DNA of 64,000 bases, from the NCBI GenBank assembly GCA_903911145.1, contig CAIWCD010000013.1:310001-374000 (forward strand), written 5' to 3'. The first letter of the stretch is position 1. Every line of letters begins with the position of its first letter. The stretch comes from an uncultured delta proteobacterium. GTDB taxonomy: Bacteria; Myxococcota; Myxococcia; Myxococcales; 40CM-4-68-19. The translations under genes were made by a program, and so were the position numbers. The notes under the pieces are model-generated. The model did not search any database, was not told the origin of the DNA, and saw nothing but the letters and a program-made list of their open reading frames with translations. Of the stretch, positions 1-10,672 are shown one piece after another.

Positions 1-1192
1 ACGAGAAGCGCACGTAGCTGCGAAAGCGCGACGCCCGCTTGGCGCGACGCTTTCCGGGATTCACGTCGAAGAATTCGCCGGGCACGCAGATCACCTTTCG
101 CTCAAGCGCAGCGCGGAAGAATTGCATTCCGTCATTCAGCGGCGGCGGCAGGTGGCTCAGGTTTCCCCAGACGTAGAAGGTCCCGTCGGGCGCGCGGTCG
201 GCGCGGATGCCGATGCGCTCGAGCGCGTCGAGCGTGCGCTGGCGCTTCTCGCGAAACACCGTGTGCGTCGCGTGCGTCTCGGCGACGACATAAGCATCTT
301 CGAGCAGCGGAATCGCCGCGCGCTGGAGAGGCCGGCTCCCGCCGCCGTCGAGGAAGCTGCCCGCGGAGGCAACCGCGTCAATCACCTGCCTCGGTCCGAC
401 CGTCCACGAGCAGCGCCAACCGGGATATCGCCAATTCTTGGTCAGCCCGTCGAAGATCACGATCGGGTCTTTATTCACGTCCTCGACATATCGCGCTGCG
501 CTCTCGACCGGTAACTGGCCCGGGCGCGCGCTCCAGATGTAATGCGAATAGAACTCATCGACGAGGAGCGAGCATTCCAATTCGCGCGCGGCGTGAACCC
601 ATCGCGCCATCTCCTCGCCTTGCACGAGCTTGCCCGTCGGGTTGCAAGGGTTCGACATCAATAGGGCCGATAGTCCGCGCCCCTGGATTTCCCGGCGGAG
701 ATCTTCGGACGAGAAGGCATATCCACGCTCACCGTCGAGCGCGATGGGAATGGCCGTGAACGCCTTGAAGACGTCCAATAGTTCCTCATATGCGGTGTAA
801 TCGGGGAGGAAATGGCCGAGGTTGATCTGGCCGAGCGCCGCAGCCGCGCGGGTCAGTGCAGAGCGACCGCCGCCGCAGATCGAGACGTTCTCCGCCGAAT
901 ATTGCGAGGGCAATCCCTTGCGATAGAGCCGATTGTAATGGCTCGCCACCGCCTCGCGCAGCTCCCAGATGCCCGGCACGGGCGCATACTCCTGGTCGTC
1001 CACGTCGACGGTGACGTGCTTTGTGCGCGCAGGCGCGCCGGGAAGATCGCCCGCCTCGGGCATGCCCTGACCGAGGTTGCTCCACGAGGGATCAGACGGC
1101 TTGTAGCCGCGGCGCGTCGCCTCCGTGGTGCAATAGATGACGCCGGTGCGCGGCACTTGTCGAAACGCGGGAATCGGCTGCAGCTCGTCCAT
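1..1192 (-). CDS. PLP-dependent aminotransferase class I/II (3' end runs off the window)
   Basis: Not in the ORF track. Manual translation from ATG 1192 gives MDELQPIPAFRQVPRTGVIY...NLGQG...SNPCNPTG...VDEFY...DGLTKNWRYPGWR (PLP lysine region), open to position 1. Confidence 0.85.
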   Translation of the reverse strand, partial: MDELQPIPAFRQVPRTGVIYCTTEATRRGYKPSDPSWSNLGQGMPEAGDLPGAPARTKHVTVDVDDQEYAPVPGIWELREAVASHYNRLYRKGLPSQYSAENVSICGGGRSALTRAAAALGQINLGHFLPDYTAYEELLDVFKAFTAIPIALDGERGYAFSSEDLRREIQGRGLSALLMSNPCNPTGKLVQGEEMARWVHAARELECSLLVDEFYSHYIWSARPGQLPVESAARYVEDVNKDPIVIFDGLTKNWRYPGWRCSWTVGPRQVIDAVASAGSFLDGGGSRPLQRAAIPLLEDAYVVAETHATHTVFREKRQRTLDALERIGIRADRAPDGTFYVWGNLSHLPPPLNDGMQFFRAALERKVICVPGEFFDVNPGKRRAKRASRFRSYVRFS

Positions 1193-1313
1193 CGGGCGAC
1201 GATATCAAACATCCAGCGCAGGCGACGCGGGATAGCGAGGGGGTCGCGACTGTCGGTCGCGCTGACAACGTTCGGTGCTGGCGCGTTTGCACTCCGTTGC
1301 GCACAATGCAGCC

Positions 1314-2657
1314 ATGTCCGCGATGACCTCCACGCCCTTCACGCCGAACACCACCTCGGTCGAGAGCAGGGGCGCACTTCTCCTGCAATGGTCGAGAGCG
1401 CGGGCAGACCGGGTGAAGCTGCCCGTGCTCTCGGCCTTCTTTGTCGCGACCCTGACGCTGCTCTCGATGGCCGGCTATCCGCGCGCGCGCATCGAGGCGC
1501 TCGCCGTCGTCTTCGGCATCTCCCTCATGGTCCAGGTCGCCCAGCTCGTCTGCATGCGAACGCGGATGGCGCCGCAGATGGCCTATGTCGACCACTTCTG
1601 GCACTTCGGCTTTCTCACCATCACACTCGCGCTGACGGGTGGCCTGCGCAGCCCGATGATCGTCGCGTTCCTCACGCCACTGATCGGCTCGCTGGTGATT
1701 TTCCGCCGTCCCCGCCCGACGCGCTTGATGGCGGGCCTGATGGCGGTCAGTTCGGTGGCGATGCTCCTCTTGCCGCAGGAGTGGTGGGGTCCGCCGATTC
1801 CGCAGCCGTACGCGACCTACCTGACGTTCAGCAACGTGGCCGTCTCGCTGGTGATCCTCTGGACGACGATGGCCACGCTGCTCAAGGCCTTTCGCGAGAA
1901 CTGGGTCGCGCTACTGCGCGCTCGCGAGGAGACGCTCGAGCAGGCGCAGGCGCGCGCGAAGGGTCTCGAGCAGGTCGGCAGCAAGGTGGCGCATGAGCTG
2001 AAGAACCCGCTCGCCGCCGTGAAGGGGCTCGTGCAGCTGCTCGGGCGCAGTCCCACGGCCGATGCGCGCGCGAAGGAGCGCCTCGCGGTCGTCGAGAGAG
2101 AAGTGGCGCGGATGGAGAAGATCCTCGCCGAGTACCTCTCGTTCTCCCGGCCTCTCGAGGATCTCAACGCGCAGGAGATCGAGATCTCCGACGTGGTCGG
2201 CGACGTGCTCGCGGTGCTCGAGGCCCGCGCGGAGGCGGCGCAAGTGACGCTTTCGCAAGAGGGCGGCGCGCACGTCTTCGCCGATCCGCGCAGACTGAAA
2301 GAAGCGCTGCTCAACCTCGTCGCCAATGCGGTCGAGTCCACGCCCAGCGGCGGCACGGTCGATGTCCGCGTCGAGCCGACGAGCGACTTCGGCGCGCAGA
2401 TCCGCGTGAAGGACAGCGGGCGGGGAATGCCTCCCGAGGTGCTCGCGCGCGTGGGCACGCCCTTCTTCACGACGAGGGAGAGCGGCACCGGACTCGGCGT
2501 CACACTCGCGCGCGCAGTCTTCACGCAGCACGGCGGCGAGCTTCGTTACGAGAGCAAGCCCGGCGTCGGCACCGTCGCCACCGCACTGTTGCCTCCGCGC
2601 GCACTCGAATGCGCCGGGCTGGGGGGATTCGATGGCGAAGCTGCTGCTGGTCGATGA
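1314..2657 (+). CDS. Membrane sensor histidine kinase
   Basis: Several TM segments, H-box AHELKNPL, N-box NLVANA, G-boxes DSGRG and GTGLG. ATG 1314 preferred over GTG 1275. Confidence 0.9.
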   Translation: MSAMTSTPFTPNTTSVESRGALLLQWSRARADRVKLPVLSAFFVATLTLLSMAGYPRARIEALAVVFGISLMVQVAQLVCMRTRMAPQMAYVDHFWHFGFLTITLALTGGLRSPMIVAFLTPLIGSLVIFRRPRPTRLMAGLMAVSSVAMLLLPQEWWGPPIPQPYATYLTFSNVAVSLVILWTTMATLLKAFRENWVALLRAREETLEQAQARAKGLEQVGSKVAHELKNPLAAVKGLVQLLGRSPTADARAKERLAVVEREVARMEKILAEYLSFSRPLEDLNAQEIEISDVVGDVLAVLEARAEAAQVTLSQEGGAHVFADPRRLKEALLNLVANAVESTPSGGTVDVRVEPTSDFGAQIRVKDSGRGMPPEVLARVGTPFFTTRESGTGLGVTLARAVFTQHGGELRYESKPGVGTVATALLPPRALECAGLGGFDGEAAAGR

Positions 2658-4065
2658 CGAACCGGGAGTTCTCTTCACGCTCAAGGAGCTGCTCGAGGAG
2701 CGTGGTCACGCAACGGTGCTCGCGCGCTCGGCGGCTGAGGCGCTCACGAAGGCAGACGGCGTCGATGCGGTCGTGACCGATCTCTCGATGCCCGGCATGG
2801 ACGGCCTCGCGCTCTTGCGCGCGCTGCACGAGCGGGACGAGTCGCTGCCGATCATTCTGCTCACCGCGCACGGCTCGGAGAAGATCGCCGTCCGCGCGAT
2901 CAAGGACGGCGCCTACGACTACTGCACCAAGCCGTTCGACATCGACGAGATGGCGGCCGTGGTCGAGCGCGCGCTGGAGACCCACAGCTTGCGCGTCGAG
3001 AACCGGCGGCTCGCAGCGGAAAAGGCGATCGGGCGGCGCATCGTCGGAGAGTCGCCCGCGATGCGGCGCATTCTTGATGCCGCGGCGCGTATCGCGGCGA
3101 AGGACATCACGGTGCTGGTGCGCGGCGAGACGGGCACGGGCAAGGAGCTCGTGGCGTCGCTGCTGCACGCCCAGAGCCGTCGCGCGGACGAGCCGCTGGT
3201 GCGCTTCAACTGCGCCGCGATCCCCGGAGAGCTCGCCGAGGCCGAATTGTTTGGTCACGCGAAGGGCGCGTTCACGGGAGCCACTGCCGCGCGCGAGGGC
3301 TACTTCGCGCAGGCCGATGGCGGGACGCTGGTCCTCGACGAGGTCGGCGAGCTGACGGCAAGCGTGCAGGCGAAGCTCCTGCGCGCGCTGCAGGAGGGCG
3401 AGATCCAGCCGGTCGGCTCGGGACGCGTGCAGAAAGTCGACGTGCGCATCATCGCCTGCACCAATCGCGATCTCGCTGCCGAGGTGAAGCAGGGACGCTT
3501 TCGCGAAGATCTCTACTATCGGCTCGCGGTGGTCGAGTTGCTCGTGCCGCCTCTGCGGGAGCGGCGCGAGGACACCAGTGCGCTCGCCCGCGAGTTCCTG
3601 CGGCGATATGCGGAGCGGTTCGGCATCGACGGTGCCTCGCTTGCGCCCGCGCTGCTCACGCGCCTGGCCTCGATGGATTGGCCGGGCAACGTGCGGGAAC
3701 TCGAGAACACCGTGGCCCGCTTGCTCGCACTCTCTGGCGGAGGCGCGATCGGCGTCGACGCCCTCGAGCCGGGATCGCGCACACCCGCGCCAGTCAAGGC
3801 CGCGAGCGTTTCCGCAGAGGCGAGTGCCAGCACAGCGAACGACGCTTCGGATGTGAACGCCGGCTCCGACGACCCAGAGCCGCCCAACGGCGCACTCTCG
3901 CTGCGCGAGCAGGTCGAGACATTCGAGCGCGGCGTCATCACGCGAGCACTCAAGGCCGCCGCGGGCAACCAGAGCGAGGCAGCGCGGCGCCTCGGCACGT
4001 CACGCGTCACGCTGATCGACAAGATCAAGAAGTACAGTCTGCAGGGATACGGACTGCCCTCGTAG
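2632..4065 (+). CDS. Sigma54-dependent response regulator (NtrC family)
   Basis: Receiver domain, GETGTGKE, GAFTGA, LDEVGE, WPGNVREL and a C-terminal Fis HTH. Overlaps the kinase stop. Confidence 0.95.
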   Translation: MAKLLLVDDEPGVLFTLKELLEERGHATVLARSAAEALTKADGVDAVVTDLSMPGMDGLALLRALHERDESLPIILLTAHGSEKIAVRAIKDGAYDYCTKPFDIDEMAAVVERALETHSLRVENRRLAAEKAIGRRIVGESPAMRRILDAAARIAAKDITVLVRGETGTGKELVASLLHAQSRRADEPLVRFNCAAIPGELAEAELFGHAKGAFTGATAAREGYFAQADGGTLVLDEVGELTASVQAKLLRALQEGEIQPVGSGRVQKVDVRIIACTNRDLAAEVKQGRFREDLYYRLAVVELLVPPLRERREDTSALAREFLRRYAERFGIDGASLAPALLTRLASMDWPGNVRELENTVARLLALSGGGAIGVDALEPGSRTPAPVKAASVSAEASASTANDASDVNAGSDDPEPPNGALSLREQVETFERGVITRALKAAAGNQSEAARRLGTSRVTLIDKIKKYSLQGYGLPS

Positions 4066-4077
4066 AGCGGCCGCTCG

Positions 4078-4105
4078 CGAGATCGTTGGTGTTCAAACGA
4101 TCTCG
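4078..4105. terminator. Hairpin between convergent genes, containing one palindromic repeat unit
   Basis: 10-bp stem CGAGATCGTT/AACGATCTCG. TTGGTGTTCAAA lies at 4086-4097. No U-tract. Confidence 0.45.
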
Positions 4106-5922
4106 GATTCGCGCACATCCTTCAGCTTCAGCTGCAGCCGCTGTGTGCCGCTCCAGCTGTCGACGCCGAGCTGGAACGCAGCATCGACCGCGGCGCCCGC
4201 CGGCAGCTTGCGATCGCCGAGACCAAATCCGATCGCGGCAAACGAGGGCGCCGCCTTCGTCGAGCCCGCCGCCAGCCGCAGCTTCAAGTGGCCCGGACCC
4301 GCGCCCCGCTTGTCCGGCAGCACGCGCGCCTCGCTGACATGAAGGCCTGCGCACGAGAAAACCGGCTCTGGGTTTCCCGCGCCGAAGGGCGCCAGACGCT
4401 GCAGCTCCTCAGCGAGCCCGAGATCGATCTCGCGGGCATCGAGGCGGGCGTCGATCTTCACGCGGGGTGCGAGCTGATCTTCGCTGAGCTGTGCAAGCGC
4501 ATCGCGCTCGAACGCCTGCGTGAACGCCTCGACGTTGCGCGCGTCGAGCGTGACTCCCGCTGCGTGTTTATGCCCGCCGAACTTCTGCAGATGTGCAGCG
4601 CAACGAGCGAGCGCGTCGTAGAGATGAAAGCCCTCGACGCTGCGTCCCGACCCCTTCGCGATTCCGTCGGCCACCGCGAGCACCAGCGCCGGCCGATGAA
4701 AGCGCTCGACCAGGCGGGCCGCGACAATCCCGACGACGCCAACGTGCCAGCCCTCCGCGCTCACCACCAGCGAACGCCGCGCGCCCGCGCCCAGCAAGGA
4801 CTCCGCGCGTTCGATCGCCTCGTTCGCGATCCGCCCTTGCAGCTCCTGTCGCTCCGCATTCGCGCGGTCGAGTTGCTCCGCGAGTTGGCGCGCCTCCGCC
4901 GCATCTTCGCTGAGCAGCAGCCGCACGCCGACCGACGCATCGTCGAGGCGACCGGCCGCATTGATGCGCGGCCCGAGCTTGAAGCCGACATCTCCCGCCG
5001 ACACCTCGCCGTGAAGCTGCGCGACCTGCTTGAGCGCAAGGATTCCCGGACGCGCGGCCAGAGAGAGTTCACGCAAGCCGTGATGCACGAGCACGCGATT
5101 GGGCCCCGCCAGCGGCACCACATCGGCCACGGTACCGAGCGCGACGAGGTCGAGCACCTCGCGCAGATTCGGCTCGGCGCGATTGGCGAACCAGCCCGCC
5201 TCGCGAAGCCGCTTGCGCAGCGCCATCAGGAGATGAAATGCGACGCCAACCGCCGCGAGTTCGCGCCCCGGGAACGTGCAGCCAGGCTGGTGCGGATTGA
5301 GGATCGCGACGGCGCGCGGCAGGTCCTCGGCGAGCTGCGAAGCGGTGTGGTGATCGATGACCACGACATCGAGCCCGAGCCTGGCTGCGCCATCGATCTC
5401 GTCGACGGCAGTGACTCCGCAATCGGCGCTGATGAGCAGCCGCGTCCCTCGCGCGACGAGCTTCTCGACCGCCGCGAGATTGAGTCCGTAGCCTTCGACC
5501 TGCCGATGCGGAATGTAGTAGTCGACGCGCGCGACCGCTCCTGGCAAGGCCGCGCGCGATTCGGCCGAACCGTTCCCCGTTCGCATGGGCGGAGCACACG
5601 CCGCAAATCGGCGCAGCATGGAGACGAGCAGCGCGGTGCTGGTCACGCCGTCGACGTCGTAGTCTCCGTAGATGCAGATCGCTTCCCGCTGCTCGAGCGC
5701 GCGCATCATCCGTGCGACGGCAGCGTCGATTCCCTTGAGACCGAACGGGTCGGGAAGCGACGAGAGGCTCGGCGCGAGGAATCGCTCGACCGCCGCCAGA
5801 TCGCGGATATTCCGCGCCCAGAGCGTCTGCGCGGTCGGGGTGCGCAAGCGGGCCGCGGACGCCAGCTGCGCAATGCCGGCGTCGCTCTCCTGATTCGTCT
5901 CCTGCTTTTCCACCCAGCGCAT
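4093..5922 (-). CDS. recJ: ssDNA-specific exonuclease RecJ
   Basis: YGDYDVDG, DCG, IDHH, GTVADVVPL, PRINAAGR, GSGRS, GGHKHAAG. Confidence 0.95.
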   Translation of the reverse strand: MRWVEKQETNQESDAGIAQLASAARLRTPTAQTLWARNIRDLAAVERFLAPSLSSLPDPFGLKGIDAAVARMMRALEQREAICIYGDYDVDGVTSTALLVSMLRRFAACAPPMRTGNGSAESRAALPGAVARVDYYIPHRQVEGYGLNLAAVEKLVARGTRLLISADCGVTAVDEIDGAARLGLDVVVIDHHTASQLAEDLPRAVAILNPHQPGCTFPGRELAAVGVAFHLLMALRKRLREAGWFANRAEPNLREVLDLVALGTVADVVPLAGPNRVLVHHGLRELSLAARPGILALKQVAQLHGEVSAGDVGFKLGPRINAAGRLDDASVGVRLLLSEDAAEARQLAEQLDRANAERQELQGRIANEAIERAESLLGAGARRSLVVSAEGWHVGVVGIVAARLVERFHRPALVLAVADGIAKGSGRSVEGFHLYDALARCAAHLQKFGGHKHAAGVTLDARNVEAFTQAFERDALAQLSEDQLAPRVKIDARLDAREIDLGLAEELQRLAPFGAGNPEPVFSCAGLHVSEARVLPDKRGAGPGHLKLRLAAGSTKAAPSFAAIGFGLGDRKLPAGAAVDAAFQLGVDSWSGTQRLQLKLKDVRESEIV

Positions 5923-5992
5923 GTGCCGACGTTGCTAGCACGTCGGCCCGACACGAGACGGAGAAGTCGACGACTGAAGCGCGCAGACGGCC

Positions 5993-7514
5993 CTACGGAA
6001 TCTGCGCTCGCCTTCTCCTCGCAGCGACGAGCGCCACGGCAGCAAAGAGGACAAAGCTGGCCGCGCTGATTCGCTGACCAGCGCGCAGCCCTGGCGCTGC
6101 GTAGAGGAATTCGACTTGATGACGCCCCTGCGGCACGGCGCAAGAGCGCAAGACGCCGTCGGCACTGAGCACGGCCGTCTCTCGGCCATCGACGAATGCG
6201 CGCCATCCGGGCAGCGCCGTCTCGGTCAGGATGAGCAGCGACGCAGAAGGCGTGTCGACGGCGAATGCGAGCTTCTCTCTCTCGAACAGCTGCGGCGAGA
6301 CAGTCCCCTCGGCAGCAGAGGCGCCCGCACCGATCGAAGCAAATTGCGGCGCGCGTGCGAGCTCGGCGCACGACGATGCGCGCGCGATCTCGGGAGGCAG
6401 GAGTGCCGCGTCCTGCGCGGCGAGCGAGAGCGGCACGATCAGCTTCTCGGGAAACCGCACGATTCGCAGCGGAGGCATCGTGCGCCAGAGCAGACTCGCG
6501 AGCGGCAGATACCGACCCAGCGCGATCGTGGCGAAGAGCGCCGAGAGCGCCAGCAGCGGCCAGAATCGTCGCGCATTCCGGGTGCGCAATCCATAGATCG
6601 CAAGGAGGAGCGCGCCTGCGCCGAGGTAGATCTCCTGCACATAGGGCTGGTCGGAGGGTGGAAGCAGCCACGACGGCGCGCCCGGACCGTCGATGTCACC
6701 GGTGAAGAACGGCAGCGCCTCGGCAAGCGGAATGCCCTTGCCGCGCGAAGAGTCCGAGAGAAAGCGCGACGAAGGCAGAAGTTGGATCGCGCTGAGGCCC
6801 GCGCCCAGCAAGGCCGCGAGCATGAATCGCGCGGACGACAGTCCGAGCGCGACGAGTGTCGAGGCTCCCGACGTGGACCCAGCCGAGCTTGTTGGTGGTG
6901 CATCAAGAACAGGGGAGCGCTCGTCGCGGATCGCGCAGGATTCAGAGAGCGCGAGCAGGCCCGCGATCAAGAATCCGCAGGCGCCAATCTCGGGCTCCCG
7001 GCAAGAAACTGCAGCGCGCCCGCGACGGAGCAGAGCAGCAGTGCTCCCACTTTCCGTTCGCGCCCGAGGCGTGCACCAGCGGCGCAGAGCCAGGGCAGCG
7101 TGCAGCTCGCGACCGCTTGCCCCGAGAGCAGAAACGAGACGGTCGGTCCGCTCCACGCGAACAGAAGACCGCACACCAGCGCCCCTGCGTGACTCAAGCC
7201 CAGCGACCGGCCGAGCGCGCGGGCGCCATACGCGGCGAGCACGGCGCAGGCCAGGGAGAATGCGCCAAACCCCCAGGGCAAAGGGAGCAGTTCGGTCAGC
7301 AGAGAGAGCGGATGGAAGACATTGAAGTTGGGGTCCGCGAGCAGCGGCAGGCCACCGAACTCGAACGGATTCCACTCGGGCAACCGGCCGCCGCGCAGCG
7401 ACTCGGCGATCAATGCTTTGTGCGGCCGAAGAACAACTGCGGGGCGAACCAGATCGTCGCGGGAAGCCAGAGCGCAAGATGCGTCCGCGCGTCCCGCAGC
7501 GACCAGCGCCCCAT
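5993..7514 (-). pseudogene. YfhO-like (GT-C) membrane protein, frameshifted and internally deleted
   Basis: Three pieces in different frames: MGRWSLR...FFGRT (7514), LIAESLRGGRLPEWNP...GGLPLLADP (7413-6990), and PEIGACG...RFPEK...PGWRAFVDG...VPQGRHQVEFLY (to 5993). There is a 1-nt shift near 6992. Confidence 0.65.
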
Positions 7515-7521
7515 CGTGCTG

Positions 7522-8754
7522 CTAGCGCGCGGGAGCTGCTGCGCCGGACGGCTTGCTTCCGCCGCCCCTGTTCGACTTCGGCTTCGCCGCCTCGACCGCC
7601 TTGCGCTGGTTCCAGTACTCCTCGAGCCAGATGGTCATCGGGCTCGCGATGTACCAGGTCGAATAGGTGCCCGAGATGATGCCGACGAGCATCGCAGCGG
7701 CGAAGTCCCAGATCGTGCCGACGCCGAAGACGAGCAGACCCACGAGCGAGAGCGCGGTCGCGCCCGAGGTGAGAATCGTGCGGCCGAGCATCTCGTTGAT
7801 GCTGAGGTTGACGAGCTCCTTGAGCCCCTTGCCCTTGAAGCGCAGGTTGTTCTCACGGATGCGGTCGTAGACGACGATCGTGTCGTTCACCGAGTAGCCG
7901 ACGACCGTGAGGATGACGGTCACCGAGGTGAGGTTGAACTCGTGCCGGCTGACGACGAAGAAGCCCAGCGTGACGATCGCGTCGTGGATGAGGGCGATGA
8001 CAACGCCCGGCGAGAAGCGGAAGTCGAAGCGCAGGCCGACGTAGAGGAGGATCATCAGCATCGCGTAGACGATGGCCGCGATGCCGTCCTTGCGCAGCTG
8101 CTGGCCGACCTGGGGACCAACGTACTCGGTGCGCACGACCTCCACCGCGTCCTGCCCGCCGAACTTCTCGCGCAGCGTCGCGCCGATCTTGTCGCCCGGC
8201 CCCTGCGCGATGAGCGAATACTCGCGGTCCTGGCCATCGCGCGCGGAGAGCGTACGAACGTCTTTGATGGTGAGCCCGGCCTTCTCTGCAGCCGCCTTGA
8301 GCGCCCCCTCGGCAACGTTCTGCTTGAAACTGAAGTCGAGCTTGTCACCGACCTCGGGATCGAAGCGAAAGCTGGTCGGCTGCGCGGAGGCCAGGTCGCC
8401 CTGCACTGCAGCCTTGACCGCGTCGGCCTTCTCGCGCGTCAAGAGAGAGATGCGCTCGACGCGGATGAGGAAGTCGTGCTTCTCGGTCGCGTCGACCTGC
8501 TGAACGGTCGGCTCACCGAAGCCCAGCTTCGAGATCTCCTCACGCAGTGCCGTCGCGTCGACCGCCTGCTTGAAGCGGATCTCCAGCTCGGTGCCACCGG
8601 CGAAATCGATGCCGTAGTTGAGTCTCGGCCAGACCGCCGCCCCGAGCAGAATGAGGATGTTGATGACGATCGAGACCGTCACCGCGATGCGGCGATACTT
8701 GACGAAGTCGTACGTGGTGCCCGGCTTGATCAACTCGACGAACTTCAGCTCCAT
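7522..8754 (-). CDS. secF: Protein translocase subunit SecF
   Basis: GIDFAGG, GYSVNDTIVVYDRIRE, RTILTS, GTYST. Confidence 0.97.
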   Translation of the reverse strand: MELKFVELIKPGTTYDFVKYRRIAVTVSIVINILILLGAAVWPRLNYGIDFAGGTELEIRFKQAVDATALREEISKLGFGEPTVQQVDATEKHDFLIRVERISLLTREKADAVKAAVQGDLASAQPTSFRFDPEVGDKLDFSFKQNVAEGALKAAAEKAGLTIKDVRTLSARDGQDREYSLIAQGPGDKIGATLREKFGGQDAVEVVRTEYVGPQVGQQLRKDGIAAIVYAMLMILLYVGLRFDFRFSPGVVIALIHDAIVTLGFFVVSRHEFNLTSVTVILTVVGYSVNDTIVVYDRIRENNLRFKGKGLKELVNLSINEMLGRTILTSGATALSLVGLLVFGVGTIWDFAAAMLVGIISGTYSTWYIASPMTIWLEEYWNQRKAVEAAKPKSNRGGGSKPSGAAAPAR

Positions 8755-8769
8755 GGAGGCATCCTTCGC

Positions 8770-8817
8770 TTACCGAAACTTATCGATTTACAAACTTCAG
8801 AATTATCGAATCCCGAA
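8770..8817. repeat. AT-rich spacer built from TTRYCGAW-like units
   Basis: TTACCGAA, TTATCGAT and TTATCGAA in the secD-secF gap; related to 35719-35755. Confidence 0.45.
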
Positions 8818-8828
8818 CGGCCTGCGGA

Positions 8829-10610
8829 CTAGAACGAGACCGCCTTGTGCAGCCGTCCGTGTCCGACGAACCACTCGAGAATGGCCCGTGTCACCACGAT
8901 GCTGGTGAACATCGACGCGAGCAGGCCGATGATCAGCGTCGTCGCGAATCCCTTCACCGGGCCTGAGCCGTAGGTGCGGATGACGAAGCCGGCGACGAGC
9001 GCGGTGACGTGGCCGTCAAAGATGGTCCAGAAGACCTTGTCGTAGCCGGTCTGCAGAGCAGCTGCGAGGCTGCGGCCCGTCTTCATCTCTTCGCGGATGC
9101 GCTCGTTGATGAGCACGTTTGCGTCGACCGCCATGCCGAGCGTGAGCACAAAACCCGCGATGCCCGGCAGGGTCAGCGTCGAGTCGAGGAACGCCATGAC
9201 CGCGAGCACGACGAGGCCGTTGAGCACCAGCGCGACGTCGGCGACGACGCCGGAGAACCGGTAGTAGAGCGCCATGAAGATGAGCACGGCGAGCAAGCCG
9301 AGGATGGCCGAATAGGCACCGCGGTGGATCAACTCCGGCCCGAGAGACGCGCCGACGCTGCGCTCCTCGAGAATGCGCACCGGCGCCGGCAGCGCTCCCG
9401 ACTTCAGAACGAGCGCGAGATCCTTCGCCTCCTCGAGAACTTCATTCGACGGCTTGAGGCCGCCCATGTGGATCGAGCAGATGCCGCCCGTGATCGGCTC
9501 GTTGATGATCGGCGCGCTCTCGACCGTGTCGTCGAGCACAATCGCCATCAGCCGCTTGGTGTTGTCGGTGGTCAGCTTGCCGAAGAGGTCCGCGCCCTGG
9601 CGGTTGAAGTTCAGCTGCACCTCGGGACGATTTCCCTCACCCGGGCGCTGATCGAAGACGACGCGTGCGTCGTTGATGTACTCGCCCGTGAGCGAGCGGT
9701 TCTTGTCGAGGACGAACGTGCGGTAGGTCGTCTCGTTCTTGATGCGGTCGTCCTGGCGGCTGATGCCCCACTCGAAACCAGCGGGCAGCGCGTTCGCGTT
9801 GATGAACGTGGTGAGCGCCGTGCGATCCTTCGCGTGCAGATAGGCGAGGCGCACAATCGCGCCGCCTTCGCCTTCGTGGCGATCGAAGTCGAGCTCGACG
9901 CCCGGGGGCAGCTTGTCCTTGAGTGCGGTCACCGGCGCGTCGTCATCGCTGACGATCTTGAACTCGAGCTGCGCCGTGCGGCCGAGCAGCTCCTTGGCCT
10001 TCTCCGGATTCGAGTAGCCCGGCAGCTGCACGAGGATGTTCGCATCGCCGCGGCGCGCGATGGTCGGCTCGGAGACGCCCCACTTGTCAACGCGGTTGCG
10101 GATCGCCTTGATGGCCTGATCGACCGCCGAGTCCTTCAGCTGCCGAACGGCGTCGTCCTTCATCGCGAGCTCGAACGAATCGCCCTGCTGGCCGCGGACG
10201 TACATGTCGTTGTAGTCGTCGGTGATCTGCGTGCGGGCCTTCGCGAGGATCGCCGGGTCCGCAGCCTTCACGGTGACGATGCCGGTCTCGACATTGCCGG
10301 TCACGGTCGCGCCCTTGATGTCCTTGCGCTCGAGTTCGCTCGTCAGCTCCTCAGCGCGGCGCGCGGCCTTCTCACGAACGGCGCGATCGACTTCGACGCC
10401 CATCACGAGGTGAATGCCGCCCTGCAGGTCGAGTCCGAGGTTCAGGTGACGCGGCGGCGCCCACTTCGGCCGCACGGCATCGAACACGCCTGCCTCATTG
10501 CGCTGCTCGGCCGGCAGCTTGAAATAGCTGACCGAGGGAACAAGCGCATAGACCGACGCAAGAGCGACGGCGACGATGAAACCGGCTTTCCAGTACCAGC
10601 TGCGATCCAT
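8829..10610 (-). CDS. secD: Protein translocase subunit SecD
   Basis: LGLDLQGG, GMAVDANVLINERIREE, GPVKGFA. Confidence 0.97.
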   Translation of the reverse strand: MDRSWYWKAGFIVAVALASVYALVPSVSYFKLPAEQRNEAGVFDAVRPKWAPPRHLNLGLDLQGGIHLVMGVEVDRAVREKAARRAEELTSELERKDIKGATVTGNVETGIVTVKAADPAILAKARTQITDDYNDMYVRGQQGDSFELAMKDDAVRQLKDSAVDQAIKAIRNRVDKWGVSEPTIARRGDANILVQLPGYSNPEKAKELLGRTAQLEFKIVSDDDAPVTALKDKLPPGVELDFDRHEGEGGAIVRLAYLHAKDRTALTTFINANALPAGFEWGISRQDDRIKNETTYRTFVLDKNRSLTGEYINDARVVFDQRPGEGNRPEVQLNFNRQGADLFGKLTTDNTKRLMAIVLDDTVESAPIINEPITGGICSIHMGGLKPSNEVLEEAKDLALVLKSGALPAPVRILEERSVGASLGPELIHRGAYSAILGLLAVLIFMALYYRFSGVVADVALVLNGLVVLAVMAFLDSTLTLPGIAGFVLTLGMAVDANVLINERIREEMKTGRSLAAALQTGYDKVFWTIFDGHVTALVAGFVIRTYGSGPVKGFATTLIIGLLASMFTSIVVTRAILEWFVGHGRLHKAVSF

Positions 10611-10672
10611 TGCTTTTCGTCTCCCGCTGCACCCGCTCGCCAGGGACTCCGGCGGCGCGCGCGCAGCACGTA

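Noticed and set aside
1279..1292. Sigma54 -24/-12 promoter (TGGCGC...TTGC)
   Set aside because: GG-to-GC spacing is 7 nt rather than the required 10.
5925..5947. Hairpin GCCGACG...CGTCGGC just upstream of recJ
   Set aside because: Short GC-rich stems are common by chance here and there is no other support.
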